Origin: Vulcanisaeta distributa DSM 14429
GTDB lineage: Archaea > Thermoproteota > Thermoprotei > Thermoproteales > Thermocladiaceae
Direction: 5' to 3'
Assembly: GCF_000148385.1 (NCBI RefSeq)
Contig: NC_014537.1
Location: 1,200,001-1,232,000, forward strand
Length of the DNA: 32,000 nucleotides
Part shown: piece by piece, positions 1 to 6,846 of the stretch
How positions within the stretch are numbered: the first letter of the stretch is position 1
Layout of the letters: every line of letters starts with the position of its first letter
Made by a program: the position numbers and the translations under genes
The notes under the pieces: model-generated
What the model was told of the DNA's origin: nothing
What the model saw: the letters and a program-made list of their open reading frames with translations, nothing else
Database searches by the model: none

Positions 1-151
1 TTAACTTATGGAGGTTCATGATTATGAATTTATCGGTTCCGACAATACCTATGACATCGTAACCACTAACATCATCGTTTAATTCCGTAACGATACTGAA
101 GGACGAATAATCATCAATAATCTTCTTAACCTCATTAACAACACTGGGCAT
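1..151 (-). CDS. Hypothetical protein, N-terminal fragment (gene runs off the left edge)
   Basis: Minus-strand frame is open from ATG (complement of 149-151) to the window edge: MPSVVNEVKKIIDDYSSFSIVTELNDDVSGYDVIGIVGTDKFIIMNLHKL. An AT-rich TATA-like stretch lies at about 177-187, roughly 30 nt upstream. It is truncated, so it is absent from the ORF track. Confidence 0.3.
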   Translation of the reverse strand, partial: MPSVVNEVKKIIDDYSSFSIVTELNDDVSGYDVIGIVGTDKFIIMNLHKL

Positions 152-237
152 GGTTACCAATAGACCCCTCATCTTTGTTAATTATAGAATGCTATAGGAA
201 TTTATTTTTTACTACGATGACCTCGAGAATGTATACC

Positions 238-245
238 TTAAAAAT
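238..245 (+). promoter_or_regulatory. TATA-box-like element (TTAAAAAT) for the 267..521 gene
   Basis: AT-only octamer centred about 25 nt upstream of ATG 267. This matches archaeal leaderless promoter spacing. Confidence 0.4.
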
Positions 246-266
246 GCAGACAATTAAACGCGTGGG

Positions 267-521
267 ATGCTGATAACAATAATCGTGGGGATACTCGGAT
301 TACTATTCATTGCCGTGGGCTGGGTACTTGCACTGGGCGATGTACCACCCCTCAGATTAACAATTCCATACCTAATAGGTAGTACCCTACTCACGGTATA
401 CTCAGCACTTAATTGGAACCTAATATTCCTAATACTAAATGGCGCCGCAACAGCCCTCTCAGCCATAAACCTAGTAAGGAGGATTAGAATGAACAAAGTT
501 AATACCAAAGACCATGGATAA
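267..521 (+). CDS. Small integral membrane protein (about 3 predicted TM helices), function unknown
   Basis: 84-aa ORF with three hydrophobic stretches (IIVGILGLLFIAVGWVLAL, YLIGSTLLTVYSAL, LIFLILNGAATALSAI) and a basic tail. A TATA-like element sits 25 nt upstream. Its 3' end overlaps the convergent gene 471..1076 by 51 nt. Confidence 0.5.
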   Translation: MLITIIVGILGLLFIAVGWVLALGDVPPLRLTIPYLIGSTLLTVYSALNWNLIFLILNGAATALSAINLVRRIRMNKVNTKDHG

Positions 522-1076
522 AGCCATAAGCTCAAGCACCAAATCACCCCTTACCACATACATATCACTACCATTACTTAACAACCATGATATTGACGAC
601 TCAAGGACCAAGGTACCCCTCGAAGTACCCCTACCCAGTGCCACTGTGCATTTACTCTTATCATTATTAAGCACCGCAATTGTATATACCGCTCCAGGGG
701 CCACTTGATACTCAAGCATGATCTCCATCATATTAACTGCACTAATTACTTTGGTCCTGGCGAAATTCAATAACGCTAATGCCTCATCAATACTCTTCAC
801 ATTGCCAATTCTTTTCATGGTGCTTATTACGGTTGATAATATGCCCCTCGCAGTACCCCTTTGGATAGGTATTGCGCCTTTGTAAGGCAGTAATGATAGG
901 ACAATGGAACCCCTAACCATGCATGTGCTATCCACTGAGATTATGATACTACGCGGAGGCACATTACAATCATTAACCTTAACTATCTCCTCACCAAATT
1001 CCCTAATTACATTAATTAACCATTGAGGTGGTTCACCAAGTATGTAAATCAAGAGCTGACCACCATCCTCGTGCAC
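471..1076 (-). CDS. Conserved hypothetical protein co-oriented with rpoL (possibly the DUF2067-type archaeal family; unverified)
   Basis: 201-aa ORF starting 14 nt downstream of the rpoL stop on the same strand, which suggests an operon. I recognised no catalytic motif. The family guess rests only on remembered rpoL neighbourhood conservation. Confidence 0.55.
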   Translation of the reverse strand: MHEDGGQLLIYILGEPPQWLINVIREFGEEIVKVNDCNVPPRSIIISVDSTCMVRGSIVLSLLPYKGAIPIQRGTARGILSTVISTMKRIGNVKSIDEALALLNFARTKVISAVNMMEIMLEYQVAPGAVYTIAVLNNDKSKCTVALGRGTSRGTLVLESSISWLLSNGSDMYVVRGDLVLELMALSMVFGINFVHSNPPY

Positions 1077-1090
1077 TTAGTGTTTCATAC

Positions 1091-1366
1091 CTATGGCGAA
1101 CCTAAGAACCCCTTCTCTAACTCCTCAACATCCCTCAATATCTCATTCACAGCCTCCTTAATAACATCAAGTGGCGGCCTTCCCTTAGTCTTTATCCTAA
1201 ACCGAACATTCTGGGTCAGTGGGTGATCAACATCATACATTGCATACTCAACATCAGGTCTCTTGAGCAGGTACTCAATTAATGGTGCGAATAATGTGTA
1301 CGTCTCTCCCTGCACCACAGCCTCCAGGTAATTGTCCTCGGCCTTTACAATGCTTATCTTAATCAC
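1091..1366 (-). CDS. rpoL: DNA-directed RNA polymerase subunit L (Rpo11, Rpb11 homologue)
   Basis: 91 aa. MIKISIVKAEDNYLEAVVQGETYTLFAPLIEYLLKRPDVEYAMYDVDHPL is the characteristic Rpo11/RpoL dimerisation-domain pattern. A TATA-like element (complement of GTAAAATAAAAG, about 1388-1399) lies 27 nt upstream. Confidence 0.9.
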   Translation of the reverse strand: MIKISIVKAEDNYLEAVVQGETYTLFAPLIEYLLKRPDVEYAMYDVDHPLTQNVRFRIKTKGRPPLDVIKEAVNEILRDVEELEKGFLGSP

Positions 1367-1442
1367 GAAATCAATGTGGAATAAGTAGTAAAATAAAAGC
1401 TTTAGCTCTGGCTTAAATGTAATACATTGAGCGCATAACCAA

Positions 1443-1492
1443 GTGATGACAACCCCCGGAACAGACCAATGAAGAATTCACGTACCGACTGA
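1443..1492 (+). ncRNA. C/D-box sRNA candidate (2'-O-methylation guide)
   Basis: Layout: C box GTGATGA (1443-1449), 12-nt spacer caacccccggaa, D' CAGA (1462-1465), 3-nt loop cca, C' ATGAAGA (1469-1475), 13-nt spacer attcacgtaccga, D box CTGA (1489-1492). Total 50 nt, inside a 256-bp non-coding gap. A TTAAATGT element lies about 25 nt upstream. Confidence 0.6.
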
Positions 1493-1622
1493 CCACACCT
1501 AACCTACGTTAATGCCTAACTTCACACAAATTCATCACAAATACAGCACTTAACGTTGATCATTCTTAGAAGGCTCAAAATACCTTTATTACTAAACTAA
1601 ACAAATTCTTCCTTGATAGTTT

Positions 1623-2762
1623 ATGCGTGTTAGTGAGTTAAGAAGAGGTGGCACCCGTGGTTCTGGGTATGTTTACGTTCTCATTGGTAATGAGCTTGTT
1701 CATGTTTCCGAGGTCGGTAAACTCGTTAAGCATGATGGTGATGAGTACGTATATGAAATACCGAGCAATATCCCGTCCTGGATATTCATATTTCACTTCA
1801 GTAGGAGTGGTTATGGCAGTGTCACTAGGTGCCCACTTGGTAATTACGTAAATACGGTGGACTATACAAAGTGTGAGAGTAAAGCTATCGAGGATGCGGT
1901 AAATGATTGGTTAAGTGATGTTAATTTCAGAATAAAAAATCCTAAGTTGAGGGGTCTCTTGAATGAGTTATTTAGTGAGTTCGTGATAATGGCTAATGAA
2001 GCAAGGAGTTATTGGGGGTTGATTGGTGGTGAGTTGAGGTTCATGGGTCATGCCTCTAGACTTAGTGAATTTTTCAATAATCCAAGGATTTACTACTTCA
2101 CCGAATTAAGCATACCGAGTGATACAGGTAGAATTAGGGGAATTAAAACAACGATGTCCCTAATCTACGAGAATTGGATCGCCGCAAAGGTTGCCGAGGC
2201 GTTGGGTACGAGGAGTTTGATAAGGAGAAGTTGGGAAGCGAATGAACCATTCATTAATATGCCAGTGACTGTTTGGTTTGAGCAGGGTGGTGAAACTAGC
2301 TTTGCAATACTCAATACGCCACATGGCGATTTCACAATGTGGCTTGAATTCCAAGTAAATCCAGCGATACATGTCTTTCCAAATCTCAAATCAATCATGG
2401 CTAATAACAAGATCGTAATACCAACCAAGCATGGTAGAAGGGCTGTTAGGCCTGACGTTGTTATTGCCAGGGGTAAGTTTAATGGCATTAATGATCTGAT
2501 TAAGTCGGGCGGCGGGATTGACTTCTTGATTGAGTGTAAGGCGTTGCCTTACGAGGATTGGGAGAGTGACGTTGATGAGCAGGTTATACCGTACGTCAAG
2601 CAATTTAGGCCGAGGAAAACGATGCTCATTGTTCGCTATGCCGTGCCGAATAACGTGAAGGAAAAATTAAGTAATAATGGAGTTGAGGTTATTGAGGATG
2701 TAAGGCCGGGAGGGAAGGGCGTTAGTAAGCTCGTGAATGCTATAAACAGTGCAATTACGTAA
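1623..2762 (+). CDS. Hypothetical protein with C-terminal PD-(D/E)xK nuclease-like motifs
   Basis: 379-aa ORF. Ordered motif set: helix LIYENWIAAKVAEAL (E183), RPDVVI (D278), LIECK (E304, K306). This is the order and spacing typical of restriction-endonuclease-fold (McrC/Mrr-like) domains. The N-terminal 170 aa were not recognised. Confidence 0.7.
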   Translation: MRVSELRRGGTRGSGYVYVLIGNELVHVSEVGKLVKHDGDEYVYEIPSNIPSWIFIFHFSRSGYGSVTRCPLGNYVNTVDYTKCESKAIEDAVNDWLSDVNFRIKNPKLRGLLNELFSEFVIMANEARSYWGLIGGELRFMGHASRLSEFFNNPRIYYFTELSIPSDTGRIRGIKTTMSLIYENWIAAKVAEALGTRSLIRRSWEANEPFINMPVTVWFEQGGETSFAILNTPHGDFTMWLEFQVNPAIHVFPNLKSIMANNKIVIPTKHGRRAVRPDVVIARGKFNGINDLIKSGGGIDFLIECKALPYEDWESDVDEQVIPYVKQFRPRKTMLIVRYAVPNNVKEKLSNNGVEVIEDVRPGGKGVSKLVNAINSAIT

Positions 2763-2814
2763 GCATGACGGCACTGTGAATATTTAAATTTAGGACCTAG
2801 GCTTTAACCTTTGT

Positions 2815-3300
2815 ATGCGTTTTCGTGGGTTGGTTTTGGTTTTGGGTGTTGTCGTTGTTGTTATTGCCTTGTTTCTCGTTTTTCTCTATCCCTACATGAC
2901 CTTCAAACCACCCGAGTTTGTTTCGGCCAGTTGGGGTATTTCAAGCCAGAGTTCGCTGGTCAGTGTTGTTCTTTACTTCAACCTGTGGCTTGAGAATCCA
3001 AACCCGTATGCAATAAGCATTATTTCATCAAGCATCACCGTGTCGTATAATAATGGTGTCACACTAAGCCTACAACCAGAGTACTTGCCAGTTGAGCTAA
3101 TGCCTCACTCAGTTAATGTCACGGCATACACAGGCAGTATATCATTAAGCCAAGCAGCTCAGTTCATTCTATCGCCACCAACCAGTTACGTAGTCACTTG
3201 GCAGGCAATAATACAGACACCACTCGGTACGAAGACAGTGACATGCACAGCAACAACATACATACCAACAAACCAAACAACACAAACATGCACGAGCTAA
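2815..3300 (+). CDS. Membrane-anchored LEA_2 / WHy (LEA14, NDR1-HIN1-like) domain protein
   Basis: 161 aa. N-terminal TM anchor LVLVLGVVVVVIALFLVFLY, then VVLYFNLWLENPNPYAISIISSSITVSYNNG, which matches the NPN-containing beta-sandwich signature of the LEA_2 family. Thr/Gln-rich C-terminus. TATA-like ATATTTAAATT lies about 30 nt upstream. Confidence 0.6.
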   Translation: MRFRGLVLVLGVVVVVIALFLVFLYPYMTFKPPEFVSASWGISSQSSLVSVVLYFNLWLENPNPYAISIISSSITVSYNNGVTLSLQPEYLPVELMPHSVNVTAYTGSISLSQAAQFILSPPTSYVVTWQAIIQTPLGTKTVTCTATTYIPTNQTTQTCTS

Positions 3301-3392
3301 AATAATAACGAAATGAAAAATGAGGACGCAAAATACAATTAATGGAGTACAGAACCGATATATGGCATTTGGAACTGAGGTTTATCCCTGCG

Positions 3393-3441
3393 TCAGTCGT
3401 TGGCGAAGTAATCATCGGTCATTAAAGGGTGCATTCATCAC
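3393..3441 (-). ncRNA. C/D-box sRNA candidate immediately 3' of the CBS/HPF-like gene
   Basis: Minus strand reads GTGATGA-atgcacccttta(12)-ATGA-ccg-ATGATTA-cttcgccaacga(12)-CTGA. This is 49 nt with exact 7-12-4-3-7-12-4 geometry. The C box starts 10 nt after the stop codon of the upstream same-strand CDS. Confidence 0.7.
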
Positions 3442-3451
3442 CCGTTGGTTA

Positions 3452-4609
3452 TTACTCGCTGGGTGGTCCTCCGCGTAGTCTACCTTTCCTCTTTATGTCT
3501 CTTATTCTGTTTATCTCTCTTTCAATTCTCTTGATCAAGGTCTCGAAGGCGTACCTAACAGCGTTTACTGGGTCCCAGTCAACCTCGTTGACTGTGTACG
3601 TGTTTGCGTTGTCCTTGAGCATTATATGGACTGAGTACTTACTCCTCTTCTCCTCACCTCCCTTCTCATACTTCTTAATGTTTATTTTAACGTCAATTAC
3701 GTTTGTCATCCTATTTATCTTAGCCATGTAGTTCGAAATCACCTTCTCAACTAACGGCTTAACATCCTCATCAATCTCGGTGAGCTTAGCCTCAATGGGT
3801 ATCTCCTCATAAGGTTTAAGTACGGACCTTATCACGTCATAACTAGAGACAACCCCCGTCACGGACTCCCCTGAAATCACGGGCATTCCGGAAATGCCCT
3901 TATCAAGCATTAAATTAACTACAGTATAAACATCGTCGGTTTCATTAACGGTGACCGCCGGCGTGGTTGCTATTGCCTTCACGGGGGCCGCGAGTATGTC
4001 ATCCTCAGTACCAACCACATCACCCCTCCTGCTGCGTCGTGGTATTGATGCGTAGTATAATCGCTCGACTATGTCGCGCATTGAAACTATGCCGTAAAGC
4101 TTCCCTGAATCAAGCACTGGGAGGCGTGTTATTCCATGCCTTATCATGAGCCACTTAGCCCTCGCCACAGCTTCATTGGCATCAATTGTAATTGCCGGCT
4201 TAGACATCACGGATGAGACCGATGTGCGGGGTAGCATTCTATTATCAAGTAGGTACTTTAGTATCTTCTCCCTTGTTAAGATGCCGACAAGGCTCATGCT
4301 CGAGTCAACCACGGGCAATGCCCTAACCCTTAGAGTTAATACCTTGGACATTGCCTTAACGAGGTCTGAGTCCTGGCTTATTGAGTACGGTGGTGACATG
4401 GCGCTTGAGACCTTTGCTCTGAGACTAACTCTTCGCTCAAGCAAATCCCTGTAGCTCAAGACGCCCACTAATTTACCGTTCTCATTAATGACCGGGACAA
4501 CCCAAGCCTTATAATCCCTCATGTCCGAAATTACCTTAGAAATAATATCCTTGGGCTTTGCAATAACTACTACGTTATCCATGAGTTCACTGACCAATGG
4601 TGTACTCAT
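3452..4609 (-). CDS. Four-CBS-domain (two Bateman modules) protein with C-terminal HPF/RaiA (S30AE)-like domain
   Basis: 385 aa. Four CBS repeats, each with a hydrophobic-x-PV(V/I/L) core plus G(I/V)(L/V)(S/T)xxD(I/L/V): VVPVINENGKLVGVLSYRDLL, ALPVVDSSMSLVGILTREKIL, RLPVLDSGKLYGIVSMRDIV, GMPVISGESVTGVVSSYDVI. The C-terminal 105 aa (IEAKLTEIDEDVKPLVEKVISNYMAKINRMTNVIDVKINIKKYE...YSVHIMLKD..TYTVNEVDWDPVNAVRYAFETLIKRIEREINRI) follow the beta-alpha-beta-beta-beta-alpha pattern of bacterial HPF/YfiA. Confidence 0.85.
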   Translation of the reverse strand: MSTPLVSELMDNVVVIAKPKDIISKVISDMRDYKAWVVPVINENGKLVGVLSYRDLLERRVSLRAKVSSAMSPPYSISQDSDLVKAMSKVLTLRVRALPVVDSSMSLVGILTREKILKYLLDNRMLPRTSVSSVMSKPAITIDANEAVARAKWLMIRHGITRLPVLDSGKLYGIVSMRDIVERLYYASIPRRSRRGDVVGTEDDILAAPVKAIATTPAVTVNETDDVYTVVNLMLDKGISGMPVISGESVTGVVSSYDVIRSVLKPYEEIPIEAKLTEIDEDVKPLVEKVISNYMAKINRMTNVIDVKINIKKYEKGGEEKRSKYSVHIMLKDNANTYTVNEVDWDPVNAVRYAFETLIKRIEREINRIRDIKRKGRLRGGPPSE

Positions 4610-4685
4610 CAGGGAGTTAATTTGTAAGGCCCTTTAATAATTTAATTGGGTTATAGTTTTATAGGAGGCGCTGAGTTGTGGCGTG

Positions 4686-5138
4686 ATGGATTGCCAACAA
4701 GCCATTAACAATGTAATACCTGTTATCCATAACCCAGCCAGTGTGCAGAAGTTGCTGGATGCGGTAAAGGTCTCACTTGGCTTTGGCTTAAGGACCATAG
4801 TGGTCACTAAGGCCGTGGGCACAGCGGCTCAGCAGGGTGTGCCTGAGGCCTTTAGGCTTGTGCTCAGGTCTGGGGCTACATTGATTGTACTGCCTGACAT
4901 TAAGGATGCAGTTGAGCTCCTTCACCCAGATGCAGTATACTTCCTGAGCACCAGGGGTGATTCCATGGGTAATGAGGTTAAAGGTAGGGTATTGATCGTG
5001 ATACAGGCGTCTGACCAACCATTTATGCAGAGTGAGTTGAACCTGGGACGGCAGATTAAGGTTGTTGGTAGGGATGTGGGTAGTACTGCATTACTAACAT
5101 TGGCACTTAACAAGTTACTTGGGCAATGCGTTGAATGA
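4686..5138 (+). CDS. SPOUT-fold-like small protein (COG4080/DUF531-like; tentative)
   Basis: About 150 aa. The C-terminal VLIVIQASDQPF...VVGRDVGSTALLTLALNKL resembles the knotted C-terminal motifs of SpoU/TrmH-type proteins. Its stop overlaps the nuoA start (ATGA at 5135-5138). GTG 4683 is an alternative start. Confidence 0.5.
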   Translation: MDCQQAINNVIPVIHNPASVQKLLDAVKVSLGFGLRTIVVTKAVGTAAQQGVPEAFRLVLRSGATLIVLPDIKDAVELLHPDAVYFLSTRGDSMGNEVKGRVLIVIQASDQPFMQSELNLGRQIKVVGRDVGSTALLTLALNKLLGQCVE

Positions 5139-5578
5139 GGTTACTACTTAAAAATGCCTCATTGCTAATACTCCTGGTCACGATGTCAGCCTTCATTGAT
5201 GCGTTAGCGATATTGATAGTACTCGTGGTGATAGCCCTTATAACTGATGCTGCAATAATGTACGTAGCAAGAAGAATCGCAGCAAGAAATCCAAATGTCT
5301 CAAAGTTGCAGAGGTATGAGGCTGGTAATCCACCTGTTGGTGAGGCTAGGTACGTATTCCCAATACAGTATGTGGGCTTCCTACTCATGTTCCTTGGTAT
5401 GGAGCCGATCATAGTTATATTACTAATTCTATCATCGGTGGCGGTCATGGCACTGCCAATAATTTATATAATATTGGCGATATTAGTAATAACCCTACCA
5501 AGTATCTATGTCGGTTATAAATACGCACTAAAAATGGCGTATCCCAAAGAATTTATAAGAAGGTCAAGCGGTAGGTGA
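5135..5578 (+). CDS. nuoA: NADH-quinone oxidoreductase subunit A
   Basis: Three TM segments and the conserved loop KLQRYEAGNPPVGEARYVFPIQYVGFLLMFLGMEPII, a NuoA/ND3 signature. Directly upstream of nuoB/C. The true start may be an internal Met. Confidence 0.85.
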   Translation: MRLLLKNASLLILLVTMSAFIDALAILIVLVVIALITDAAIMYVARRIAARNPNVSKLQRYEAGNPPVGEARYVFPIQYVGFLLMFLGMEPIIVILLILSSVAVMALPIIYIILAILVITLPSIYVGYKYALKMAYPKEFIRRSSGR

Positions 5579-6846
5579 CGCGAATGTCACTTGACAAAGC
5601 ATTAGAGCCCTACAAGAAGTGGGGTACGAAATATTCCCTATGGCCGGTGCACCTCGTAACGGCATGCTGCGGCGTCGAGATGGCACACACCTGGAACCCA
5701 ACCTATGATGCCGAGAGGCTCGGCTCGCTGCCATGGCATGCCCCAAGGCAGACAAACCTAATCCTTGTTGAGGGTACAATAACCTTCAAGATGGCTAGGG
5801 TCCTCAGATATGTTTGGGAGCAAATGAGCGATCCAAAGTACGTAATTGCAATGGGCTCCTGCGCAGCTGAGGGTGGTATATTCTGGAATAGCTACCACGC
5901 GGTCCCCGTTAATAAAATAATACCGATTGACGCATACGCCATAGGCTGCCCACCGACGCCAGAGGCCGTTATTCAAATGATTAAGATAGTCCAAAGGAAG
6001 ATAGAGACGGGCGAGGCCAGGGCGAACGTTAAGCCAAAGACCATAGACCTAACAAAGATCTTCACACCATCACCAACAAAACAACCGGCGCCAAACCCAC
6101 CACATAGGATAACCCCCAACCCGCACATACCTGTTTGTCAGGAGAAGAAGGTGGAGTGGCCCTTCGGTTATGAGTTAATTAATAATCAATTAATGCCCGC
6201 ACTCAAGGAGTCAGCAAAGAAAATAATCGTAACAGACATTAATAGAATATGCGTTGATACAGAGCCCAATAAGTTAAGGGACGCCGCATTATCATTGTCA
6301 AAGCTCGGCTTTGACCATGTTAAGTCGGTTAATGTTATTGATGTGCCTCACGAGAATAAGTTCTACGTCGAATACTGGGTCTCGAGCTATAGCAAGAAGG
6401 AGCTAATGCCCATACTCATTTCATTGACGACGGAAATACCGAGGGATAACCCCAGGGTACCAAGCCTAATGGATATTTGGCCGAGCGCTGATTACATGGA
6501 GCGCGAGATGTATGACTTCTTCGGTGTTTGGTTTGAGGGTAATCCATGGATGGGTAGGAACTTCCTACTCGACCCAGACACCCCAGTTAAGTTCCCGCTT
6601 AGGAAGGACGTACCAATAGTTAGGGAGTTCTACATAGTCGATAGGGAGTTCCCTGGACTACCCGTGGCGCCACCACAGCCAAAGCCGGCAGCGGCGCCGC
6701 AGAAACCAGCCCAAGCACCAGCCCAACCAAAGCCTGCACAGCAAGCCCCACAGCCAAAGCCCGCTGAGACCGCACAGCCACAGGTAAAACCTGCCCAGGA
6801 AAAACCAAGTGAAGGTAAGCAGGAGACGGGCGGTAGCACCGGGTGA
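5575..6846 (+). CDS. nuoBC: Fused NADH-quinone oxidoreductase subunits B and C with Pro-rich linker and PQK-rich C-terminal tail
   Basis: NuoB part: WPVHLVTACCGVEM, GSCAAEGG, GCPPTPE (N2 cluster cysteines). Linker: TPSPTKQPAPNPPHRITPNPHIP. NuoC part: GFDHVKSVNVIDV, WPSADYMEREMYDFFGVWFEGNP, FPLRKD. One uninterrupted frame of 423 aa. Confidence 0.9.
   Translation: MTRMSLDKALEPYKKWGTKYSLWPVHLVTACCGVEMAHTWNPTYDAERLGSLPWHAPRQTNLILVEGTITFKMARVLRYVWEQMSDPKYVIAMGSCAAEGGIFWNSYHAVPVNKIIPIDAYAIGCPPTPEAVIQMIKIVQRKIETGEARANVKPKTIDLTKIFTPSPTKQPAPNPPHRITPNPHIPVCQEKKVEWPFGYELINNQLMPALKESAKKIIVTDINRICVDTEPNKLRDAALSLSKLGFDHVKSVNVIDVPHENKFYVEYWVSSYSKKELMPILISLTTEIPRDNPRVPSLMDIWPSADYMEREMYDFFGVWFEGNPWMGRNFLLDPDTPVKFPLRKDVPIVREFYIVDREFPGLPVAPPQPKPAAAPQKPAQAPAQPKPAQQAPQPKPAETAQPQVKPAQEKPSEGKQETGGSTG
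6655..6843 (+). repeat. Low-complexity coding repeat (Pro/Gln/Lys/Ala-rich tail of NuoBC)
   Basis: Encodes PVAPPQPKPAAAPQKPAQAPAQPKPAQQAPQPKPAETAQPQVKPAQEKP. The DNA string ccacagccaaagcc occurs twice and the cca/gcc-rich codons are iterated. Confidence 0.8.

Noticed and set aside
254-547. 97-aa minus-strand ORF
   Set aside because: It is antisense shadow of the 267..521 membrane ORF and overlaps the 471..1076 gene. No motif and no promoter spacing.
1489-1538. Minus-strand GTGATGA (complement of 1532-1538) as a possible second C/D sRNA in the rpoL spacer
   Set aside because: Reading downstream on the minus strand gives no CTGA D box at the expected 45-55 nt distance and no internal D'/C' boxes.
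3194-3731. ORFs 3194..3415 (-) and 3429..3731 (+)
   Set aside because: The first spans non-coding spacer and the sRNA. The second is the antisense shadow of the CBS/HPF-like gene with low-complexity hydrophobic content.
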